Origin: an uncultured delta proteobacterium
Lineage (GTDB): Bacteria; Desulfobacterota; Syntrophobacteria; Syntrophobacterales; Syntrophobacteraceae
NCBI GenBank assembly: GCA_963808625.1
Contig: CAWEHK010000043.1
Coordinates: forward strand, 83,405-147,404
Reading direction: 5' to 3'
Length of the DNA: 64,000 bases
In this document: positions 56,210-64,000 of the stretch, piece after piece
Numbering within the stretch: position 1 is the stretch's first letter
Layout of the letters: every line of letters starts with the position of its first letter
Notes under the pieces: model-generated
What the model saw: the letters and a program-made list of their open reading frames with translations, nothing else
Database searches by the model: none
What the model was told of the DNA's origin: nothing
Position numbers and translations under genes: made by a program

Positions 56210-56428
56210 AGCAGTGGCTAGTGGCTAAGAAGAGCAGTGGCTAGTGGCTATAAAAGCAGTGGCTAGTGAATAGGAAAGCAGTGGCTAGTCAATAGTGCTC
56301 TAGCAGAGGGCGGCCATGACGGTAATCGGCCTTCGAGGTCGGCATCAGCCCCTTACTAATCACTATTCACCAGCCACTAGTCACTAGCCACTATTCACTA
56401 GCCACTAACCACTAGCCACTAGCCACTA
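56210..56428. repeat. Inverted pair of heptamer arrays (AGTGGCT ... AGCCACT)
   Basis: AGTGGCTAGTGGCT units on the left, CACTAGCCACTA units on the right. Confidence 0.8.
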
Positions 56429-56447
56429 TTTCAAGGAGACCAATGTC

Positions 56448-57881
56448 ATGGTCATGGGTGAGTTCACCCAGGAAACGGATGTCCTGGTGATTGGCGGCGG
56501 TCCGGGCGGGTACGCGGCGGCTTTTCGAGCGGCTGACCTGGGTCTCGATGTGACCATGGTGGATACCGGAGGACGCCTGGGAGGAGTGTGCCTCTTTCGG
56601 GGCTGCATTCCCATCAAAAACCCTCCTCCATGTTTCCGAGCTCCTCTATGATGCCCGCCATGCCGATGAGATGGGCATCACCTTCGGCGATCCCAGAGTG
56701 GATCTGGATCGTCTGCGGCAATGGAAGAACCAGGTGATCGAGAAGCTGGCCGGCGGGCTGATGGAGCTGAGCAATAAGCGCAGTGTGCAGGTACTGAAAG
56801 GGACGGGCCGTTTTTGAATCCTCCGAGCGCGCCCGCCTCCAGAATGCGGAAACCGGTCATATCAAGTTCCGCCATGCCATCATCGCCACGGGCTCGACCG
56901 CCACTGCCCTGCCGGCCCTGGCACAGAAGAAGGGCGGGCGCATCATGAGCTCGACTGGCGGCGCTGAGTCTGGCGGATATCCCGGGAAGTCTGCTGGTGG
57001 TCGGCGGCGGCTACGTTGGTGTGGAGCTGGGATCGGTGTACGCCTCGCTTGGCAGCCAGGTGACCATGGTGGAAGCGGGGGCAAGGTTGATGGCGGGTGC
57101 TGACCAGGACCTGGTGCAGCCGCTGGTGACCAGGCTGAAAGGGCTCTTCAAGGCCATTCACACCGACACACGTGTGAAGGAATTGAAGGAGCTCGACGAG
57201 CGGGTCGAGGTTGAGTTGGAAGGTGAGGTGGACTGAGCCCAGACAAACGTTCGACCGGGTCCTTGTGGCCATCGGCCGAAGCCCGAATGCCGAAGAACAT
57301 CGGCCTCGAAAACACCAAAGTCACGGCTGGATGATCACGGTTTCGTGATCGTCGATGAACAGCGGCGCACGACCGATGCGAAAATCTTTGCCGTGGGGGA
57401 TGTCGCCGGTGGCATCATGCTGGCGCACAAGGCCATGCATGAAGGCAAGGTGGCTGCGGAAGTCATTGCCGGCCTGCCGTCAGCCTTCGATTTTCAGGCC
57501 ATCCCGGCCGTGGTCTATACCGATCCGCAAATTGCCTGGTGCGGCTTGACCGAGGAAGATGCTCGCAAACAGGGGCGCGCCGTAAGAGTCTCGCGCTTCC
57601 CCTGGTCCGCCTCGGGTCGTGCGGCTTCGATGGGGCTCACCAAGGGCATGACCAAGATGATCATCGATGCCGAAACGGAACGGGTGCTCGGCGTCGGCAT
57701 CGTCGGTCGCGGCGCCGGGGAAATGATTGCCGAAGGAGTCCTCGCCGTCGAAATGGGGGCCCTTGCCGAAGACCTGGCACTCTCCATGCACCCCCACCCC
57801 ACCCTCTCGGAAAGCGAGGAAGAAGCCGCCGAAGCCTTCCTCGGCAGCTCCACCCACATTCTGCCCCAGCGGAAAACCTGA
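56448..57881 (+). CDS. lpdA: Dihydrolipoamide dehydrogenase, multiple frameshifts
   Basis: [45 protein letters not shown]. Confidence 0.92.
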
Positions 57882-58025
57882 AGCCAACCGATCTCATTGG
57901 GTTTGCTCCTGGCTGAGCCTTCAAGCGTGTCTAAGACTGAGAGCGTGTCCAAGAAGATCCTGGAGTCGTCACCCCCGCATTCTTCTGGCGGGGGGTCCGG
58001 AAGAGAGCCAGGCCAGTAACTCGGC

Positions 58026-58231
58026 GGGTGTAGTCAGAAGTGGGAGTTCGCCATGGCTTCATGTGACCATTATCTGATTGCGAATGAGTCTGCATGGTGT
58101 CGGTGGGCGCAAAAAGACGCGCCCACCCTACGCCGTGGCCCAATTGTAGGGTGGGCACAGTTTTACCGTGCCCCCCAGGACAGAAGACCCTGCCTTTCAG
58201 TAATTTCCAACCCCCACTTCTGTTCACACCC
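58026..58231. mobile_element. 206-bp MITE-like element with 9-bp target duplication
   Basis: Terminal inverted repeats GGGTGTAGTCAGAAGTGGG / CCCACTTCTGTTCACACCC; flanking direct repeat TAACTCGGC at 58017-58025 and 58232-58240. Confidence 0.8.
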
Positions 58232-58367
58232 TAACTCGGCGTGTTACTTGATTGCCTGATGCAAATGGATTATATGGACAAAGATGTTCGAAAAAGGATA
58301 TTAAAGGACATTATTCAACGCTGGGGTCTTTTCAGGAGAATTCGAAGTAATCGGGCAGGAGGGTTAC

Positions 58368-58655
58368 ATGGCGGGTAAACTCTTAACGCCAGAACAGGCT
58401 GCCAACCGACTGGCCGTCAGTTCCAGAAGCATCAGAGAGTGGTTGCGAACCGGCAAACTCAAGGGAGTCAGGGCCGGGAGACTATGGCGGATCAGAGACC
58501 GCGACATCGAGCAGTTCCTTGAAGATGGTTCGGAAAGACAGGCCGGGACAGCACAGACAGATGATCCATTTCTGGAAGTCATCGGATGTCTTTCCGGAGA
58601 AGCTCTGTCGTCACGGGAAATCGACCGGGAACTTTACGGGAAAGGCGCCGCATAA
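58368..58655 (+). CDS. Excisionase-like HTH protein, probable antitoxin
   Basis: LLTPEQAANRLAVS...GKLKGVRAGRLWRI; stop overlaps the PIN gene start (TAATG). Confidence 0.8.
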   Translation: MAGKLLTPEQAANRLAVSSRSIREWLRTGKLKGVRAGRLWRIRDRDIEQFLEDGSERQAGTAQTDDPFLEVIGCLSGEALSSREIDRELYGKGAA

Positions 58656-59083
58656 TGGCCAACGCCATCTTTATCGACACCTGGGGATGGGTGGCCCTGG
58701 GGTCCGCACGAGATTCGAAGCATCCTGAGGTGAGCAGGCTTTACCGAACGCTTCGAAGCGAGAAAAGGCTCATCTTCACGAGTGATTATATCCTCGACGA
58801 AACCGTCACCTTACTCTTTCGGAGGGAAGTGTACGCGGATGCCCTGCGGTTTATTACCGGAATATTGAAATCTGCCGAAGAGAGGTTCATCACCATTGAG
58901 AGAATCTCGTCGGATCGCTTCGCAGACGCCTGGAAACTTCGTCAGCGGTTCCAGGATAAGCCCGGCATTTCCTTTACGGATTTAACCTCCATGGTGGTGA
59001 TGAAAGAGCGACACATCAAGCACGTTCTCACCGAGGACGTGCATTTCCAACATGTAGGAATGGGATTTCAAATAGTGCCCTAG
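58655..59083 (+). CDS. vapC: PIN-domain toxin
   Basis: IFIDTWGW, ILDET, SFTD, LTEDVHF. Confidence 0.88.
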   Translation: MANAIFIDTWGWVALGSARDSKHPEVSRLYRTLRSEKRLIFTSDYILDETVTLLFRREVYADALRFITGILKSAEERFITIERISSDRFADAWKLRQRFQDKPGISFTDLTSMVVMKERHIKHVLTEDVHFQHVGMGFQIVP

Positions 59084-59170
59084 AATTTAGGTGTCTGCAC
59101 CGTTACCGTATTTCTCAGTGATACCAATCTTCATGTGAGAACATTTCACAGCAAACGGCTGCCATCGTTT

Positions 59171-59270
59171 GCTCCATTCAGTCCGGTCATACGCTGCCGG
59201 CTGTCGCCTCGGCAGCTATTCGCTCCCTTCATTTCGCTTCCGCTTCACGGGCATATGCCAAGGGTCCAAG
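59171..59270. repeat. 100-bp direct repeat, second copy at 60297-60396
   Basis: 97/100 identical by manual comparison; internal GCTGCCG...CGGCAGC hairpin. Confidence 0.88.
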
Positions 59271-59358
59271 CAAGCTGTCCCGAAGAAAGGTAATGACATT
59301 GGGAAACATCGAGTATATACTTGAGAGTGTATACAATCAGACCAAGAGGAGCCATCGT

Positions 59359-59586
59359 ATGAAGACAGCAAGGATCTTTAAAAGCGGAAACAGCCAGGCG
59401 GTGCGATTGCCGAAGGAATTTCATCTCGAGGGTGCTGAAGTCTACATAAAGAGGGTCGGTCCTGGTGTGCTCCTGATGCCCAAGGGTGATCCGTGGGCAT
59501 CGCTTACAGAGAGCCTGGACAAATTCAGTGAGGATTTCCTGGAAAAGAGAGTCCAACCTCGGCTGGAGACCAGGGAGACATTCTGA
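59359..59586 (+). CDS. vapB: AbrB/MazE-type VapB antitoxin
   Basis: MKTARIFKSGNSQAVRLPKEF. Confidence 0.92.
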   Translation: MKTARIFKSGNSQAVRLPKEFHLEGAEVYIKRVGPGVLLMPKGDPWASLTESLDKFSEDFLEKRVQPRLETRETF

Positions 59587-59984
59587 TGGTGTGCATGCTC
59601 GATACGGATATTTGCATCTACCTGATCAAAAGAAAACCGATCAATGTTCTGGACAGGCTCAAGACTTTTAGACCAGGTGAGGTGGCCGTCTCCTCCGTTA
59701 CCGCAGCCGAGCTCCAATACGGAGCTTACAAGAGCAGCCGACCGGAGCAGAACCAGGCAGCTCTGGCTGCGTTTCTGCTGCCTCTGGAGGTTGTCCCGTT
59801 TGATGAAAGCGCAGCCGCTCATTATGGTGAAATCAGAACTCACCTGGAAAGAAAGGGCAACATCATTGGAGCCATGGATCTCCTCATAGCCGCTCACGCC
59901 AGAAGCCTTTCTCTCACCCTGGTGACAAACAATATCCAGGAGTTCCAAAGAGTGCCCGGACTGCGCACAGAGAACTGGGTCTGA
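59586..59984 (+). CDS. vapC: VapC toxin
   Basis: MLDTDICIY, AELQYGA, IGAMDLLIAAHA, LVTNN..EF.RVPGL..ENW. Confidence 0.93.
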   Translation: MVCMLDTDICIYLIKRKPINVLDRLKTFRPGEVAVSSVTAAELQYGAYKSSRPEQNQAALAAFLLPLEVVPFDESAAAHYGEIRTHLERKGNIIGAMDLLIAAHARSLSLTLVTNNIQEFQRVPGLRTENWV

Positions 59985-60399
59985 CCGAATGCCGGCTCCG
60001 AAACCAGTCATCAAGATATTTTATGTCTGTGCTCATAGCGGCTGAATGCCTCTATCCTTACATGCCTAACAGGGAGATTTGTCACTTCACAATAAGTATG
60101 AGCCGATCTGTCACCCCCGCGTGCTTTTGGCGGGGGTCCAGCGATCAGAAAGACTTTGGATTCCCGCCAAAAGCGCGCGGGAATGACGCCCCAGGGTTTC
60201 CATAGTCCGTTGTGATCCTGCAGTTATTGTGAAGTTACAAGGATTTATCCCGCTGTACCCCCTGAACAGATGCTATTGAAACCGCCCTGTCCCTCCGCTC
60301 CATTCAGTCCGCTCATACGCTGCCGGCTGTCGCTTCGGCAGCTATTCGCTCCCTTCATTTCGCTTCCGCTTCACGGGCATTTGCCAAGGGTCCAAGGGC

Positions 60400-61937
60400 T
60401 CAAGGGCCAAGGGCAACGGACCTGGAGAGGCGAAAGCCCAAGTTGTAGTCGCGGCGGCCGGGCGGAGGTGTTGTAGCGAATCGCCGACCGGCAGTACTGC
60501 GCATCGTAGTCCCAGCTGCCGCCGCGGATCACCCGGTAGGAGCCTCTGGGGTTGTCCACCCAGGCCCGGCCGTCGGCCGGCGCCCCATTGTAGCTATCGT
60601 GATAGTCGTCCTCCACCCACTCCCAGACATTGCCGTGCATATCGTAAAGCCCCCAGGAATTGGGCTTTCTGGCCTGCAACCCGCTGAGTCTGTCTTTTGG
60701 AATTACCATCAATACCAGGCATATTCGCCAAGTTTGCCGGCATCGTCTCCAAATGAAAATTCAGTGGTCGTTCCCGCCCGGCAGGCATATTCCCACTCCG
60801 CCTCGCTGGGAAAGCGGTAGTCCTTGGTGTTTTCAATCTGATTGAGTTTTTCAATGAACCGCTTGGCATCTTCCCAGGAGACCTGCTCCACCGGGCAGTC
60901 GTCTCCGCACTTCTTAAAGCATGAAGGGTTATCCTCCCATCACTTTCCTCCACTGACCCTGGGTGACTTCGGTCGTCTGAAGGTAAAAGGATTGAGAGAT
61001 TTTGACATCATGCGGAGGTTTTTCATCTTTTTTATCGCCGGTGCTGCTGCCCATCGTGAATGACCCGGCCGGTATGAGGATAAACTCCATGCCGATGCTG
61101 TTTGTGAATTTCTTCGGGGGTGATACCCCGCTCGGTTTGGCCGCAAGCGGCGGTTCTGGCTTGACCTCGGGAGCCAAAGCTGTTGTATCCGGGGCTTTCA
61201 CGTCCGGCTTTGGTGCCTTGACTGTTGGCTCTGGAGCCTTCTGCAGTTCTTCCGGCTTCACCTGGGGAGCCGAAATTTCTGGTCTTGATGTTGTCGGCTC
61301 TTGCCGAAAAAGCAATATCGCTCCGGCGACAAACACCACAGCCAGGGCAATCAGAACCCCAGTCTTAGTAGGGAAGATTTTCCTCGGCGGTTTCACCATA
61401 TCGCGTTTTGGCTCTGATGGCTCAGGCTTGACTATCTTGGGTTCAACGATAGGCTCAGCGATTGGTTTCCGCTCAGGGAGGGCTGTCTCTGGAGGTATAG
61501 CGATATCTTCCTTCAGATTTGATCGCCTCTTGCTTCTCTCTCGGCGGCCGCCTCATGATTGCAGTTATGGCTTCAATCAATTGTTTGAAGCCTGGATGAG
61601 ATGGGTCTTCACGCCAGTCAACCAGCGACCCTGCCTGGCGCTGCCCAAATGGATACGGAATCTCGGCGTCCTCAATCAAAACGGGGATGAGGATCTCCCT
61701 CTTACGTCCTTCCTCTGCTTCCGCTAGCACAAATTCGGATTCCACAGAGCTCTTTGACCAGAGGACGAGCATGCAATCGGCAGCTTCGATACCCTCTTTT
61801 ATAGCCTTCGCCCAGAGCTTGCCCGGAGGGATGGGACGATCCCAGAACACCTGCCAGCCAAGACTTTCTAAAGCTCCTGCAACGTCTGCGGCTTGGTCTC
61901 GGTCCTCTTTGGCATAGCTGATAAAGATGTGAGCCAT
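60400..61937 (-). CDS. TIR - Pro-rich linker - TM - FGE-sulfatase (CLec) protein, several frameshifts
   Basis: [10 protein letters not shown]...VFWDR...[17 protein letters not shown] (TIR_2-like); hydrophobic [58 protein letters not shown]. Confidence 0.82.
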
Positions 61938-62191
61938 ATCCGCTAATCTACTCTGCGGGTTGAACGATGACAAATCGCTTTTGAGGGTTTGCTAATAAAC
62001 TGATAAGAAATCGTTTTTGAGGGTTTTTCCGTAGCAGGTGTCGTCGCTTCTGTCAAAAACAATCTTGTGCCGATTTCTCGATAATTAAACCGAAGTCCCG
62101 CGGCCCTATTTTGTGTGTGCATTTAAGGAGATGAATCTGTTGCCGTTTGGTATGACCAAAGTTATACTGTACGTGAAAGGAGTCCGCTCTA

Positions 62192-62437
62192 ATGAAGACG
62201 GTCAAAACCGCCATATCACTTCCAGAGGAAAGGTTTAACCAGCTTGAGGAGATGGCCAGACGTCTCGGGCTCAAACGCAGCCAGGTGGTTTCCGCCGCGC
62301 TTGCAGAGTATCTGGAGCGGCGCCGGGAAGACCAAATTACGGCACGGCTCAACGCGGTTTATCAGCAAGAAGCCCCGGGATTGGACCCGATTCTTGCCAC
62401 GATGCAGTCTTCCACCCTTGCGCCCGAGGAGTGGTGA
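62192..62437 (+). CDS. Ribbon-helix-helix antitoxin
   Basis: VKTAISLP...RSQVV..AL.EYL; overlaps the mazF start. Confidence 0.85.
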   Translation: MKTVKTAISLPEERFNQLEEMARRLGLKRSQVVSAALAEYLERRREDQITARLNAVYQQEAPGLDPILATMQSSTLAPEEW

Positions 62438-62775
62438 TGCGGCGGGGGGAAATTTGGTGGGCTTCTCTTCCCGAGCCAAAGGGGTCAGAGCCCGGGTACT
62501 CACGGCCGGTGCTCATAATCCAGGCTGATCCTTTTAATCTGAGCTTTATCAGGACCGTTATCGTGGTCATGATCACGAGAAATCTCGCTTTGGCAGATGC
62601 CCCCGGCAACGCGCTGCTGCCCCGAAAGTCGACCCGCCTCCCTCATGATTCAGTCGCCAATGTTTCTCAGGTGTTTACGATCGATAAATCCTTTCTGAGG
62701 GAAAAGGTGAGTGATTTACCGAAAGCGTTGCTTCAGAAAGTTGAGGCAGGGCTGCGCCTGGTGCTTTCGCTCTGA
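62437..62775 (+). CDS. mazF: PemK/MazF-family toxin
   Basis: RRGEIWWA...GSEPGYSRPVLIIQ...SVANVSQVFTIDK. Confidence 0.92.
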   Translation: MRRGEIWWASLPEPKGSEPGYSRPVLIIQADPFNLSFIRTVIVVMITRNLALADAPGNALLPRKSTRLPHDSVANVSQVFTIDKSFLREKVSDLPKALLQKVEAGLRLVLSL

Positions 62776-62805
62776 ATTCCTTCGGCGCTTGTCTTGCCGA
62801 AGTCG

Positions 62806-63963
62806 TCACAGCCTGATTGCGGGCAGGTCCCTCCAGGCAGTCACCTGGACGTCTTGCCGCACATAGCTTTCATCGCCCCCGTAGACCAGATAGGCGGTCT
62901 CGACCCCCTGGGCCAGTTTGGAAAAATAGGTCAGGCCCTTGAGTGCATCCCGGGTGACGGTCTGGCCAGCTTTGATCTCCACCGGGACAGGCTGGAGGCC
63001 CTGGTCCAGAGGAGGTCCACTTCATTGCCGAGGTTGTCGCGGAAGAAAAACAGGTTGTCGGTCTGGGCGGCGTTGAAACGCCTTTTGAGCATTTCAGCCA
63101 CGACGAAGCTTTCAAAGAGCGCGCCCCGCAGGGGGTGTGCGGCCAGTTGTCCGGAATGCTGAATGTTCAAAAGGAAACATGCCAGACCGGTATCCAGGAA
63201 ATAGAGCTTGGGAGATTTGATCAGTCGCTTATTGAAACTTTTATAATAGGGTCTCAGCAGTTTTACGACATAACTGGCTTCCAGCACCGAAAGCCAGTTC
63301 CGGCGGTGACATGGTTGATGCCACAATCGTTTCCCAGGCTGGATAGATTGAGGATTTGACCGGTCCGGCCGGCGCACAGTTTGAGAAAGATCTCAAACCG
63401 GGACAAATCCCGAACATGGATCAGCGAGCGCACGTCCCGCTCAACATAGGTGTTGACATAAAAGCCCATGGCCTCAGTAGGATTCAGGCCCTTGTCGAAA
63501 ATGCGGGGATAAAAGCCGGTGTATAGCACCTGGTCCAGATCAACCTCCTCCAGCCGGCGCCATACGCTTCGGCCAGGCTGAAGGGCAGCAGCCGGAGCAG
63601 AGCGGTTCGGCCGGCCAGGGATTGCGTGATGCCTTCCAGCAGTTCAAATTGCTGGCTGCCGGTCAGAATGAAGAGGCCTTCCCGCTGCTCTCTGTCAACG
63701 ATGGTCTGGATGTACGACAAGAGCTCCGGCACACGCTGAATTTCATCGATCACCGCGCCTTGTGGAAACCGGTTCAGAAAGCCGCGCGGGTCCTGGCGGG
63801 CAAAGTCGCGCTGGTCCAAATCCTCGAGGGACACGTAGGCCCGGTCCTGAAAAAGCATGCGACAGAGGGTGGTCTTGCCGGATTGCCGAGGTCCGGTGAT
63901 GGTCACCACCGGGTATTGGGCTGCCAGTTGGCGTGTTTTATCACTCAGTTCTCTGTCAATCAT
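62806..63963 (-). CDS. AAA_14 ATPase with DUF4143 domain, frameshifted
   Basis: ITGPRQSGKTTL, IDEIQ, LTGS, SLAGR, TYVERDV, KSPKLYFLDTGL, GALFE, EVD, EIK. Confidence 0.88.
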
Positions 63964-64000
63964 CTCATCGAGCCGATTTGCTTTATGATGATCATGCCGC

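Noticed and set aside
58368..58655. Prophage excisionase marking a prophage
   Set aside because: No integrase or phage structural genes in the window; the gene is coupled to a PIN toxin
60420..60540. Third VR of the local TR
   Set aside because: Framework differs at many non-adenine positions (RVIRGGSW...CRSA versus RVLRGGAF...VRCAA); kept only as a candidate for another TR

Overview
GC-rich bacterial chromosome segment, probably an anaerobic deltaproteobacterium (Desulfobacterota/Syntrophobacterales-like, inferred from gene content only). Many conserved genes are split by single-base frameshifts, which looks like long-read indel noise. The main feature is a complete diversity-generating retroelement (DGR) on the minus strand: avd (11817-12170), a 120-nt template repeat (11280-11399) and a reverse transcriptase (9833-11083). 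It is flanked by two NLR-like NACHT/STAND genes whose C-terminal FGE-sulfatase (CLec-fold) ends carry variable repeats. VR1 (6175-6294) differs from TR at 16 positions, all TR adenines. VR2 (14018-14137) differs at 17, of which 15 are TR adenines. Target 1 has an N-terminal metallophosphoesterase. Target 2 has an N-terminal helical domain plus a Gly-rich, amyloid-like motif; both are duplicated as a stand-alone 150-aa gene directly upstream, resembling a Bell/BASS amyloid-signalling pair. An IS4 element with a 9-bp target duplication sits inside the DGR, nested in a palindromic repeat. A third FGE-sulfatase gene (TIR-TM-CLec) in a toxin-antitoxin cluster near 60-62 kb has a VR-like end that does not match the local TR. 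The rest is housekeeping and metabolism: maeB, csp, an MBOAT/AlgJ pair, two sensor kinases, a CitE-like lyase, ppdK, asnA, the acsD-cooS-acsB-acsC-acsE Wood-Ljungdahl cluster, htrA, trmO, a pyruvate/2-oxoacid dehydrogenase operon and four TA pairs. Intergenic regions are dense in REP palindromes, MITE-like elements and heptamer repeats. No tRNA, rRNA or CRISPR array was recognised.
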